Shown here piece by piece: positions 1-8,893 of a stretch of DNA of 59,857 nt. The translations under genes were made by a program, and so were the position numbers. The notes under the pieces are model-generated. The model did not search any database. It saw only the letters and a program-made list of their open reading frames with translations, and had not been told where the DNA came from. The stretch comes from Actinomycetes bacterium (lineage in GTDB: Bacteria; Actinomycetota; Thermoleophilia; Gaiellales; JALYLC01): assembly GCA_031361905.1 (NCBI GenBank), contig JANLRV010000085.1, forward strand, positions 1 through 59,857. The letters run 5' to 3'. Each line of letters begins with the position of its first letter. The stretch's first letter is position 1.

Positions 1-281
1 GGCACGCTCATAGAACGCGCGGCTCGCCGTGAGGTGGGCGACGCCGAGGATGACGTGGTCGATCACCGAGCTTCCTTCCGCGAGGGTCCGTCGTACCGCC
101 AAGCTAGACGAGGCTAGGCGGTCGTGAATAGCCCGGGGTCAGGCCCCGGGCTATTCACGACCGCCTAGCCTCGTCTAGCTTGGCGGTACGACGGACCCTC
201 GCGGAAGGAAGCTCAGTGATCGACCACGTCATCCTCGGCGTCGCCCACCTCACGGCGAGCCGCGCGTTCTATGAGCGTGCC
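1..281. repeat. Large near-perfect palindrome (inverted duplication of the VOC gene 5' region), truncated by the left window edge
   Basis: Bases 1-123 are the reverse complement of 159-281 with one mismatch (67 vs 215). The axis is the hairpin at 124-158. The mirrored part includes the RBS and the first 22 codons of CDS 216..572. Confidence 0.9.
124..158. repeat. 35-nt hairpin repeat, copy 1 (GTGAATAGCCCGGGG-TCAGG-CCCCGGGCTATTCAC)
   Basis: Perfect 15-bp stem with a 5-nt loop. The same element recurs at 34933, 46422 and 46474. Confidence 0.9.
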
Positions 282-572
282 CTCGCGTCGCTCGGACTGC
301 ACGTCGTGCTCGACCGGCCCGGCTATCTCGGCTTCGGTGCCGACCGGCCGTTCTTCTTTCTCGCGGCCCGCGAGCCGAGCGCTCGGGTGCACGTCGCGTT
401 CTCGGCCGAGCGACGCGACGCGTGCGATGCCTTCCACGTGGCCGCGCTCGCCGCCGGCGGCGTCGACAACGGGGCTCCGGGCCTGCGACCCGCCTACCAC
501 CAGCAGTACTACGGCGCGTTCGTGCTCGATCCTGACGGCAACAACATCGAGGCCGTCTGTCACTCGGCGTGA
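216..572 (+). CDS. VOC family protein (glyoxalase/bleomycin resistance/dioxygenase fold)
   Basis: VIDHVILGV start and the YGAFVLDPDGNNIE C-terminal block are typical of VOC proteins. GGAAGGAAG Shine-Dalgarno at 203-211 favours GTG 216 over the TTG 180 of the ORF track. Confidence 0.75.
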   Translation: MIDHVILGVAHLTASRAFYERALASLGLHVVLDRPGYLGFGADRPFFFLAAREPSARVHVAFSAERRDACDAFHVAALAAGGVDNGAPGLRPAYHQQYYGAFVLDPDGNNIEAVCHSA

Positions 573-599
573 AGCAGCTCGCGAGAGCCGCCGGCACTG

Positions 600-1832
600 C
601 TACCCGGTGACGACCTCGGCCGTGTAGAACCCCTCCGCGCGCAGCTCGTCGCGCGCCACGAGCCCCGCGCCGGCGACCGCGCCCTCGTTCTCCGGCGGCG
701 TCAGCGTGCAGACGCTGTAGAGGAGCTTGCCGCCGGGCGCGAGCAGGGTCTGCGCGTGCGCCAGGAGCTGCGACTGCAGCGCGCTCAGCTCGGCGACGTC
801 CTCGGGTTTTCGCCGCCAGCGCGCGTCCGCGCGCGCCGCGAGCACGCCGAGCCCCGTGCACGGCGCGTCGAGCAGGATCCGGTCGAACGGAAGGTCTGAG
901 CGATAGCCGCGGCCGTCTGCGTTGACGACCTCGACCTCGGCGCCGAGGCGCTCGAGCGTGCGGCGGAGCGCGATCGCGCGTCCCGAGTGGCGCTCGACCG
1001 CGGTGACGCTCGCCCCGGTCGCCGCCAGGATCGCCGTCTTGCCGCCCGGCGCCGCGCAGAGATCGAGCACCCGCAGGCCGGCCTCTGCACCGACGCGCAG
1101 CGCGGCGACTGCCGATGGCAGGGCCTGCGCGAAGACCATGCCGTCGCGGTAGAGCGTCGAGCCCATCAGGTCGAATGGTCCCTCGAGCACGAGGCTGCCG
1201 GTCTCGGCATCGAGATGGAACGGGACGCCCGTGTCAGCGAGCGCCAGCTCCACCGTTCCGGCCTCGGCGCGCAGCGGATTGGGACGGATCGCGAGCGGTG
1301 GCGGATCGTTTGCGAGCCGGCTCAGCACCCGGGCCTGGTCGGCTCCGTAGGCGTCGAACCAGAGCTCGGTGATCCAGTCGGGGAGCGAGTGGCGAATCCC
1401 GCACTGCTCGGCCGTCTGCTCGGGCAGCGCTGCGAGCCACGGCTCGCCGTCGGCGGCGATCCGGCGGAGCACGGCGTTCGCGATCCCGACCGCACGCGGT
1501 CCGATGCGGCGCCGAACGAGCTCGACGGTCTCCGAGACCGCGGCGTGCGGGGGGATCCCGTCGGCGAACAGCAGCTGGAACGCGCCGAGCCGCAGCGCGT
1601 GCGCGAGCACGCGCTCGAGCCGCTTGACCGGACGGCTCGCGAGCTGCTCGAGCGCGGCATCGAGCGTCCTGCGGCGCTGCACGGTGCCGAGCGCCAGGTG
1701 CGATGCGAGCGCGCGTCCGCGGTCGTCGAGGCCGGCGCGGTCGACCTCGGACGTGAGCGCCCGATCGGCGTAGGCATCCTGCTCGAAGACCCGCCGGATG
1801 ACGGAGAGCGCGACCTCCCTGGCGTCGCTCAT
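600..1832 (-). CDS. rsmB: 16S rRNA (cytosine-C5)-methyltransferase RsmB/Sun
   Basis: NusB-like N-terminus, SAM motif DLCAAPGGKT, catalytic DAPCTGLGV and YSVCT. ATG 1832 overlaps the fmt stop (ATGA); the ORF track start is 1916. Confidence 0.9.
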   Translation of the reverse strand: MSDAREVALSVIRRVFEQDAYADRALTSEVDRAGLDDRGRALASHLALGTVQRRRTLDAALEQLASRPVKRLERVLAHALRLGAFQLLFADGIPPHAAVSETVELVRRRIGPRAVGIANAVLRRIAADGEPWLAALPEQTAEQCGIRHSLPDWITELWFDAYGADQARVLSRLANDPPPLAIRPNPLRAEAGTVELALADTGVPFHLDAETGSLVLEGPFDLMGSTLYRDGMVFAQALPSAVAALRVGAEAGLRVLDLCAAPGGKTAILAATGASVTAVERHSGRAIALRRTLERLGAEVEVVNADGRGYRSDLPFDRILLDAPCTGLGVLAARADARWRRKPEDVAELSALQSQLLAHAQTLLAPGGKLLYSVCTLTPPENEGAVAGAGLVARDELRAEGFYTAEVVTG

Positions 1833-2737
1833 GAGACCTCGGGAAGCGATCCGCGCACCCCGCGGAGCCAGGCCCCGGCCGGCATCCGGGCCTTGCCCGG
1901 CGGCTGCAGCTCGCACAGCTCGAGGGAGCCGTCGAGGCAGCCGAGCAGGAGCGCGCCTTCGATCACGGAGAGCACGCCCTGCGGGACCACCGCCGGGTCG
2001 ACGCGGGCGCGCAAGATCGTGAACAGCGCGCCGCCGAGGGCGAGCCGGGCGCCGATCGACGGCGAGAGCGCGCGCACCTGATCGTGCAGGGCAGCCGCGG
2101 GTCGCGCGGGGTCGAGCAGACGATCGGCGGCGAGGATGCGATCGGCGTAGGTGGCCTCGCCGACCTGCGGCACGGTCGGCACCGCGTCGCCCGTGAGCGC
2201 GGCGACGAGCGGGTCGATCGCGAGCCCGAGCGCCTGCTCGTAGACCCAGCCCGCATCGGCATCGGCGGGAACCTCGAACCGCTCGAGCGCGGCGATCGGG
2301 CCGGCATCGAGCGCCTCGACCAGCAGCATCACCGCGACGCCCGACTCGCGCTCTCCCGCCATCAGCGACCGCTCGATCGGAGCGGCGCCGCGCCAGCGAG
2401 GAAGCAGCGACGGGTGCACGTTGAACCAGGGCGCGAGCTCGAGCAACGGGCGCGGGACGAGGCCCCCGTACGCGACGAGCGCGAACGCGGCGACGCGAGC
2501 GGCCGCGAGCGCCGAGAGGGCGTCGAGGGGTCGCTCGTGCTGCAGCACCGGCAGGTCGAGCGCCCGCGCCGCGACGGCGACGGGGGGCGGTGCCGTGGCG
2601 CGTCCGCGCCCGGCCGGGCGAGCGGGCTGCGAGAGCACGATCGCGACCTCAAGCTCGTCGCGGGCGTGCAGGCGGCGAAGGGCGTCTGCGGCCCACTCGC
2701 TCGTCCCGGCGAAGCCGATCCGGCGGATCTCACTCAC
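1829..2737 (-). CDS. fmt: Methionyl-tRNA formyltransferase
   Basis: IGFAGTSEWA N-terminus and the NVHPSLLPRWRGAAPIERSLMAGE motif. GTG 2737 chosen; the ORF extends to 2779. Confidence 0.9.
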   Translation of the reverse strand: MSEIRRIGFAGTSEWAADALRRLHARDELEVAIVLSQPARPAGRGRATAPPPVAVAARALDLPVLQHERPLDALSALAAARVAAFALVAYGGLVPRPLLELAPWFNVHPSLLPRWRGAAPIERSLMAGERESGVAVMLLVEALDAGPIAALERFEVPADADAGWVYEQALGLAIDPLVAALTGDAVPTVPQVGEATYADRILAADRLLDPARPAAALHDQVRALSPSIGARLALGGALFTILRARVDPAVVPQGVLSVIEGALLLGCLDGSLELCELQPPGKARMPAGAWLRGVRGSLPEVS

Positions 2738-3389
2738 GCCCGCGCGGACCCGGATCGGGTCGCAGCGTGGCGAGGGCATGCGTGCGCTCCTCGGCGGGCG
2801 CGCGATCGAAGATCAAGATCCCGTCGAGGTGATCGAGCTCGTGCTGCAGGATCCGCGCATCGAAGCCCTCGGCCTCGATCGAGATCGGCTCGCCCTGCTC
2901 GCCGCGCGCCGTCAGCACGACCCGCAGCGCACGCTCGACGTTGACGTCGACGCCACGCAGCGAGAGACAGCCCTCGGAGCCGGACTCGGTCTCGTTTGAG
3001 CGCTCGACCATCTCGGGGTTGATCACCGCGACGCCCTCGCCCTCTCCGGCCGGCCGGTAGACGAAGACCCGGCGCAGGAGGCCGACCTGGTTGCCCGCGA
3101 GCCCGACGCCGTCAGCGTCCTGCATCAGCCGCTTCATCCGCTCGACGACGTTGCGCAGGTCGTCGGAGAACTCCAGCACGGGCGTCGCCGGCTGCCGCAG
3201 CACCGCGTCGGGATACTGGCGAACCTGGCGCAGCGCGTTGATCCGGCGGAGCTCCGCCTGCTGATCGCGCTTGCGCTCGCGCCGGCTGACGCGCGCGGGC
3301 TGCTCGCTCGTCTCCTGCTCGGGCTCGTCGGTGGTCGCCGCCATGCCTGGATCGTAGCTATCAGGAGGCTGGCGGCCCGTAGCTTCCAT
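2730..3389 (-). CDS. def: Peptide deformylase with a charged N-terminal extension
   Basis: All three Def motifs are present: GLAGNQVG, EGCLS, QHELDHLDG. Alternative start is ATG 3344. The canonical domain begins near residue 52. Confidence 0.9.
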   Translation of the reverse strand: MEATGRQPPDSYDPGMAATTDEPEQETSEQPARVSRRERKRDQQAELRRINALRQVRQYPDAVLRQPATPVLEFSDDLRNVVERMKRLMQDADGVGLAGNQVGLLRRVFVYRPAGEGEGVAVINPEMVERSNETESGSEGCLSLRGVDVNVERALRVVLTARGEQGEPISIEAEGFDARILQHELDHLDGILIFDRAPAEERTHALATLRPDPGPRGRE

Positions 3390-3747
3390 CGGCGTCGTGC
3401 GTCTCGTCGCCCGTCAGCGCCGGCGCGAAGACGCAGACGAGCTGCATCCGCTCGCGGCAGCGGACGAGGTGGCGGTCATGCCGGTCGAGCGAGTAGGAGA
3501 CGCCCGGCGAGAGCTGATGCGTCGCGCCGGTCGCGAGGTCGACGACCTCGCCCGATCCCTCGATGCAGAGATTCGCCTCGACGTGGTGCTTGTACCAGAG
3601 GGTCATCTCGGCGCCCGCCTCGATCGTGGTGACGTGCAGCGAGAACCCCATCGCGTCATCTGCGCGCAGGAGCCGGAGGCTGCGCCAGCCCGCACCGGAG
3701 CGGTCGCGGTCGGTCCCTTCGAGCTCGCTCGTCGAGCGGATGATCAT
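3361..3747 (-). CDS. ectC: Ectoine synthase family (EctC-type cupin), solitary copy
   Basis: 128 aa. Aligns along its whole length with EctC: MIIR...TDR...W.S.RLL...GFS.H.T.I..G.E...YKHH.EA..CIEG.GEV...PG..Y.LD.HD.HL.R....VCVF.P.LTG.E.H..DGSY. Confidence 0.8.
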   Translation of the reverse strand: MIIRSTSELEGTDRDRSGAGWRSLRLLRADDAMGFSLHVTTIEAGAEMTLWYKHHVEANLCIEGSGEVVDLATGATHQLSPGVSYSLDRHDRHLVRCRERMQLVCVFAPALTGDETHDADGSYGPPAS

Positions 3748-3759
3748 CCCGTGCCTCCG

Positions 3760-5874
3760 TCAGTTCGGGTCGACGTCGACCACGATCGTCGCAGATGCCT
3801 TGCGCAGCGCTTGGCCCTGCCGCGCGGCGAGATCGCCCAGCACGCTCGCCGCGCGCGCTGGCCGCTGGGTCTTCAGCAGGAGCTGGGCGCGATCGCGGTT
3901 GCGCAGGCGGCCGAGCGGTACCGGGCCGAGCAGCGTGTCACCCTCGAGCAGGGGCCTCGCGGCATCGCGGAGCGCCGCGAGCAGGCCGCTCGCGGCCCGC
4001 GGGTCGCCGGCCGACACCTCGACTCGCACGAGGTGCACGAACGGCGGGTAGCCGAGCAGCTCCCGCCGCTCGAGCTCGCCGCGCAGGAACGGCTCGACGG
4101 CGTGCGCGGCCGCGAGGCGGACGACGCGCTGGTCGGGATCCCAGGCCTGGAAGATCACGGTGCCGGCGTCGCCTGCGCGCCCGCTGCGCCCGGCCAGCTG
4201 GCAGAGCAGCGCGAACGTCCGCTCCTCGCTGCGGAAGTCGGGCCAGGCGAGCCCCTGGTCGGCGTCGATCGCGCAGGCCAGCCGCAGATCGCGGAAGTCG
4301 TGCCCCTTGGCGACCATCTGCGTGCCGACGAGCATCGCCCGGGGCGATGCCGCGAAGCGCCCGAGCACCTCCTCGATCGCGCCGCGCCGCGCTGCGGCGT
4401 CGGTGTCGAGACGGAACAGGTCGATCGTCGGGAAGAGCTCGGCGAGCTCCTGGACGACCCGCTCGGTGCCGGCGCCGAGCCGCGCGAGCTCGACCGATCC
4501 GCACTCGGGGCAGCGACGAGGCTCGGGCTCGCGATGCCCGCAGTGGTGGCAGCGGAGCCCGCCGCCGCGGTGCAGCGGCAGCGAGATGTCGCAGTTCGGA
4601 CAGCGGAACGTGTGGCCGCAGCCGCGGCAGTGGAGCGCGGGAGCCTGGCCACGGCGATTGAGCAGGAGGATGCCGCGGCCGCCCTGGTCGGCGATCTCCG
4701 CGAGGCGCTCGCGGAGGCGGCGCGAGAGCGGGTACAGCCCGTCTGCGCGCAGGTCGACGATCTCGACCTTCGGCAGAGGGCCGCCGACACGCTCCGAGAG
4801 CGTCAGCCGCTCGAGCGCGCGCCAGCTCTCGGGGCGCGGCGTCGCCGAGCCGAGCACGAGCGTCGCCCCCTCGAGCCGCGTGCGCTTGGCTGCCACGCGG
4901 CGGGCGTCGTAGCGCGGATCCTCGCCCTGCTTGTAGGCCGCATCGTGCTCCTCGTCGATGATCACCAGGCCGAGGTCCGGGAGCGGTGAGAAGAGCGCCG
5001 AGCGCGCTCCCACGATCACGCGCACCTCGCCCGAGCGTGCGGCGGCGTAGACGGCTGCGCGCTCGCCCTCGCTGAGGCCGGAGTGCAGCACGCAGACCGC
5101 GTCGCCGAACCGCTCGGCGAAGCGGCGGGCGGTCTGGTAGCTGAGAGCGATCTCGGGCACCAGCACGACGACGCTCTTGCCGCGGCCGAGCGCGTGCTCG
5201 CAGGCGAGCAGATAGACCTCGGTCTTGCCGCTCCCGGTCACGCCATGCAGGAGCAGGTCGGCGCGCGCACCGTCGAGCGCGTCTGCGATCCGCTCCACGG
5301 CCTGTCGCTGCTCGTCCGTCGGCGTGGGACGGGTCACGCTCAGCGGCACTGCGATGCGCGGGACGTCGAGCCGCTCCGAGAGCGTGACGAGCCCCGCGTC
5401 GGCGAGCGCGCGGATGGTCGGGCGCGTCGTCGAGGCCTCGCTGACGAGCTCCGCGAGCGGCACGGCGCGCTCGCCGAGGATCGCGAGGATCGCGCGCCGG
5501 CGCGGGGTCGTCTCGAGATCGCTGCCCGTCGCGGACACCACCGTGGTGCGTGCCGCCGGCGTTCGCGGAGGCAGCACGAGCGCGAGGCCGCGCGCAGCCG
5601 TCGAGCCGTAGTAGGCACCGATCCAGAGCGCGAGATCGAGCAGCGGCTCGGGCACGCCGACGGTCTCGACGCCCTCGATCGCGGCGAGCTCGGCGGAATG
5701 CGGGTCAGCCGGCGCCGGGTCGACGACGACCGCCCGAACCGATCGGCCTGCGAGCGGCACGCGCACGATCGCGCCACGCGTCAGCGTGGTCGAGGACGAG
5801 TAGTCGAGCGGCCCTCGCAGCGCGCGGGTCGTCACGAGCGGGATGACCCGCGCGACTCCAGCGCGGCCGGTCAC
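3760..5874 (-). CDS. priA: Primosomal protein N' (replication restart helicase PriA)
   Basis: Walker A GVTGSGKTEVY, IIDEEHD, and Cys-rich zinc module CRGCGHTFRCPNC..CHHCGH..CPECGS. GTG 5874 overlaps the gpsA stop (GTGA). The 1013-aa ORF N-terminus is a shadow over gpsA. Confidence 0.9.
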   Translation of the reverse strand: MTGRAGVARVIPLVTTRALRGPLDYSSSTTLTRGAIVRVPLAGRSVRAVVVDPAPADPHSAELAAIEGVETVGVPEPLLDLALWIGAYYGSTAARGLALVLPPRTPAARTTVVSATGSDLETTPRRRAILAILGERAVPLAELVSEASTTRPTIRALADAGLVTLSERLDVPRIAVPLSVTRPTPTDEQRQAVERIADALDGARADLLLHGVTGSGKTEVYLLACEHALGRGKSVVVLVPEIALSYQTARRFAERFGDAVCVLHSGLSEGERAAVYAAARSGEVRVIVGARSALFSPLPDLGLVIIDEEHDAAYKQGEDPRYDARRVAAKRTRLEGATLVLGSATPRPESWRALERLTLSERVGGPLPKVEIVDLRADGLYPLSRRLRERLAEIADQGGRGILLLNRRGQAPALHCRGCGHTFRCPNCDISLPLHRGGGLRCHHCGHREPEPRRCPECGSVELARLGAGTERVVQELAELFPTIDLFRLDTDAAARRGAIEEVLGRFAASPRAMLVGTQMVAKGHDFRDLRLACAIDADQGLAWPDFRSEERTFALLCQLAGRSGRAGDAGTVIFQAWDPDQRVVRLAAAHAVEPFLRGELERRELLGYPPFVHLVRVEVSAGDPRAASGLLAALRDAARPLLEGDTLLGPVPLGRLRNRDRAQLLLKTQRPARAASVLGDLAARQGQALRKASATIVVDVDPN

Positions 5875-6830
5875 TCGTCTGCGAGCGTGCGCTCGAGCAG
5901 GAGCGGGATCGCCTCGCGGACGGGCAGGCCCTCGAGCACGGCGCAGACCGCCTCGGTGATCGGAAGCTCGACCCCTGCGGCGGCGGCCAGGCGGCGCAGG
6001 CGCGGCGCGGTGTGAATGCCCTCGACCGTCATCCCGACCGCCGCCTCGATCGCCGCGGGATCGGTGCCTCCTGCGAGCAGCTCGCCCGCACGGCGGTTGC
6101 GCGAGTGGCGCGAGGTGCACGTCGCGATCAGATCGCCCATCCCCGCGAGCCCCGAGTAGGTGCGCGGATCGGCGCCGAGCGCGGCTCCGAGCCTGGCCAT
6201 CTCGGCGAGGCCCCGCGTCATCAGTGCCGCGCGCGCGTTGTCGCCGAAGCCGAGCGCGTCGGCCGCGCCGCTCGCGACTGCGATCACGTTCTTCGAGGCG
6301 CCTGCCAGCTGGACGCCGCGCACGTCCGGCGAGGCGTAGAGACGGAAGGCCGGCAGCGCGATCGCGCGCTGCAGCCTCCGCGCGATCTCCAGATCGGCGC
6401 TCGCGATCACGGCCGCGGCGGGCTGCCCCCTGCCGATCTCCTCGGCGTGATTCGGCCCCGAGAGCACCGCGACCGGCCCGGAAACGCCGGCAAGACGCTC
6501 CGAGAGCAGGCTCGACGAGAGGGGATCGAGGCCCTTCGCGAGCAGCAGCACGGGCGCCGAGCCGGTCAGCCGCTCGCCGACCTCGACCGTCGAGCCCGAG
6601 GGCAGGGCGAGCACCACGAGCTCGGCGCCCGCGCACTGCGCCGGCAGGTCGACACGCACCGGCGCGATGCCCGGCTCGAGCGGCACGCCGGGCAGGTAGC
6701 GGCAGTTCTCGCCGTCCCGGAGAAGCGGCTCGGGGTCGCGGCAGGCGAGCGTGACCGCGTGGCCGCCGCGAGCGAGCACGCACGCGAACGCCGTCCCCCA
6801 CGAGCCGCCGCCGATCACCAGCGCCTCCAT
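5871..6830 (-). CDS. gpsA: NAD(P)H-dependent glycerol-3-phosphate dehydrogenase
   Basis: VIGGGSWGTAFA dinucleotide fold and GLAGMGDLIATCTS block; 319 aa. Confidence 0.9.
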   Translation of the reverse strand: MEALVIGGGSWGTAFACVLARGGHAVTLACRDPEPLLRDGENCRYLPGVPLEPGIAPVRVDLPAQCAGAELVVLALPSGSTVEVGERLTGSAPVLLLAKGLDPLSSSLLSERLAGVSGPVAVLSGPNHAEEIGRGQPAAAVIASADLEIARRLQRAIALPAFRLYASPDVRGVQLAGASKNVIAVASGAADALGFGDNARAALMTRGLAEMARLGAALGADPRTYSGLAGMGDLIATCTSRHSRNRRAGELLAGGTDPAAIEAAVGMTVEGIHTAPRLRRLAAAAGVELPITEAVCAVLEGLPVREAIPLLLERTLADE

Positions 6831-8231
6831 CTAGCGGTCGACGAAGTCGATGATCACGGGGACGCCCTGCAGCGCGAGCGCCTCGCGCAGCTGGTTCTCG
6901 ACGAAGTACGCGTAGTCGCGCGTCACGCGTCCTCGATCGTTGACCGTCAGCCGGAAGCGCGGCGGCCGGCTCTGGACCTGCGCCCCGTAGTAGATCTTGA
7001 GCCGACGGCCACGCACGATCGGCGCCTCGCGCTTGGCGAGGATGTCGCGCAGCATCCGGTTCAGCTCGCCGGTGCCGACGCGGCTCTGGTAGCGCGCGAA
7101 GGTCTCATCGACCATCCGCAGCAGACGGTCGAGGCCGCGCTTCGAGGTCGCGGACGTGACGACGAGATTCGGCCGCTGCCGCAGCTTGTCGAGCATCGTC
7201 AGGCGCACGTCCTCGAGGTCGACGTCGCCGATGTCCCACTTGGAGAGCACGACGATCGTCGCGCAGCCGGCCTTGCGCGCCTGGTCGGCGACGTGCAGGT
7301 CCTGGTCGACGACGCCCTCGGAGGCGTCGATCAGCACGAGCGCGACGTCGGCGCGCTTGGCCGCATCGAGCGAGCGGATCTCGCTCCAGAACTCGATCTG
7401 CTGGCGGTGCACGCGCTTGCGGCGCAGCCCGGCCGTGTCGATCAGGCGGTAGTTGACGCCGTCTCGCTCGAGCCGGATGTCGATCGAGTCGCGGGTCGTG
7501 CCCGGGATCTCGCTGACGATCGCGCGCGAGTCGCCGAGGATGCTGTTGAGGAGCGACGACTTGCCGACGTTCGGGCGACCGAGGATGGCCACGCCGATCT
7601 CGTCGGAGATCCGCTCGTCGCGGGCGCAGTCGAGCGCTCGCAGGCGGATCACGATGTCGTCCAGCAGATCGCCGGTGCCGACGCCGTGGAGGGCCGAGAT
7701 CGGCGTCGGCTCGCCGAGCCCGAGCGCGTGGAACTCGAGCGCCATCGAGTCCTTGCGCGGGTCGTCGAGCTTGTTCGCGATCACGATCACCGGCTTGCGC
7801 GAGAGGCGCAGGAGCTGCGCGAGCTCCTCGTCGCCCGCGCTGATCCCACGGGTCGCGTCGACCAGGAACAGCACGAGGTCGGCCTCTGCGATCGCAACCT
7901 CGGCCTGCTGCGCGATCTGCTTCTGCATCGGCGACGGGTCGCCGGCGTCGATGCCGCCCGTGTCGATCACCGCGAAGTGCTGGCCGAGCCACTCCACGGT
8001 CAGCTCCTTGCGGTCGCGCGTGACGCCGGGCTGGGCGTGCACGACGGCCTCGCGCGTCGCCGTCAGCCGGTTGATCAGCGTGGACTTGCCGACGTTCGGG
8101 TAGCCGACGATCGCGACCGATCCGAGGATCGTGCGGACCGAGGGCTCGTCCTGGCCGCGGACCGAGCCGGAGCGAGGGATCGTCGCCGTGCGCGACTCCC
8201 CCCCGAGCTCATCGGGGAGTTCATTCGACAT
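6831..8231 (-). CDS. der: Ribosome biogenesis GTPase Der (EngA)
   Basis: Two tandem G domains (GYPNVGKSTLINRL and GRPNVGKSSLLNSI, DTGG/DTAG, NKLD/SKWD) plus a KH-like C-terminus. Confidence 0.92.
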   Translation of the reverse strand: MSNELPDELGGESRTATIPRSGSVRGQDEPSVRTILGSVAIVGYPNVGKSTLINRLTATREAVVHAQPGVTRDRKELTVEWLGQHFAVIDTGGIDAGDPSPMQKQIAQQAEVAIAEADLVLFLVDATRGISAGDEELAQLLRLSRKPVIVIANKLDDPRKDSMALEFHALGLGEPTPISALHGVGTGDLLDDIVIRLRALDCARDERISDEIGVAILGRPNVGKSSLLNSILGDSRAIVSEIPGTTRDSIDIRLERDGVNYRLIDTAGLRRKRVHRQQIEFWSEIRSLDAAKRADVALVLIDASEGVVDQDLHVADQARKAGCATIVVLSKWDIGDVDLEDVRLTMLDKLRQRPNLVVTSATSKRGLDRLLRMVDETFARYQSRVGTGELNRMLRDILAKREAPIVRGRRLKIYYGAQVQSRPPRFRLTVNDRGRVTRDYAYFVENQLREALALQGVPVIIDFVDR

Positions 8232-8299
8232 CGAGATCGTGCCTTCCGATCGAACGGCCGCGCTGAGTTGCGCTCCAGCCGTGACCGTAGGTTCGCAGA

Positions 8300-8893
8300 T
8301 CAGGGCCGCGGAGCGCTCCGCTCGAGGGCCAGGGCGACGATCTGATCGACCACCTCGTCGATCCCGAGCGGGCCCGTGTCGATGCGGATCGCGTCGGGCG
8401 CTCTCTGGGTCTGCTCCGCATCCGAGCGGTCGCGCTCGTGCAGCGCCGCCGCCGCCGAGCCGTCCGCGCGCTCGTCGACGCGCCGTCGCGCCCGCACGTC
8501 CGCTGCCGCGTCGAGCCAGATCTTCAGCCCGGCGTCCGGCCAGACCACGGCGCCGATGTCGCGGCCCTCGGCGACCGCGCCGTCCTCGGCGAGGAACGCC
8601 CGCTGTGCCTCGCGCATCGCCGCGCGGACCGCGGGATGCGCGGCGACGGTCGAGACCGCGGCGTCGACGTCCGGGGTGCGCAGGCCGGGATCGTCGCTAC
8701 GGCCGGCCGCGAGCGGTGCGAGCGAGGCCAGCACGCCCTCGTCGTCGAGCGGGATGTCACGCTCGAGCGCGACGAGCGTGAGCGCCCGGTACATCGCCCC
8801 GGTGTCGAGATAGCGGAGCCCGAGCCGGGCCGCGACGGCGCGCGCGACGGTCGACTTGCCCGCGCCGGCCGGGCCGTCGATCGTGATCACCAT
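8300..8893 (-). CDS. cmk: Cytidylate kinase
   Basis: MVITIDGPAGAGKSTVAR P-loop. ATG 8893 overlaps the aroA stop by 1 nt (TGATG). Confidence 0.88.
   Translation of the reverse strand: MVITIDGPAGAGKSTVARAVAARLGLRYLDTGAMYRALTLVALERDIPLDDEGVLASLAPLAAGRSDDPGLRTPDVDAAVSTVAAHPAVRAAMREAQRAFLAEDGAVAEGRDIGAVVWPDAGLKIWLDAAADVRARRRVDERADGSAAAALHERDRSDAEQTQRAPDAIRIDTGPLGIDEVVDQIVALALERSAPRP

Noticed and set aside
124-158. Hairpin repeats as a possible CRISPR array
   Set aside because: The copies are dispersed (0.1, 34.9 and 46.4 kb), occur in both orientations and are strongly self-complementary. There is no regular repeat-spacer periodicity and no cas gene.
1-281. Hairpin telomere of a linear replicon
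   Set aside because: I kept it only as a remote alternative. The palindrome axis is a dispersed repeat that also occurs internally, and ordinary chromosomal genes follow immediately. A duplication or an assembly fold-back is more parsimonious.
3361-3747. Ectoine biosynthetic gene cluster
   Set aside because: Only the ectC-type gene is present, with no ectA, ectB or ectD in the window. I report it as an orphan EctC-like gene instead.
5875-6801. N-terminal 309 aa of the 1013-aa priA ORF
   Set aside because: This part overlaps gpsA in another frame and is Arg/Gly/Ala junk. The PriA homology starts at GTG 5874, which forms a GTGA overlap with the gpsA stop.
6012-8345. 777-aa plus-strand ORF
   Set aside because: It is antisense to gpsA and der, which have unambiguous motifs. 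Its Arg/Ala/Asp/Gly/Glu-dominated composition is typical of stop-free shadow frames in high-GC DNA.
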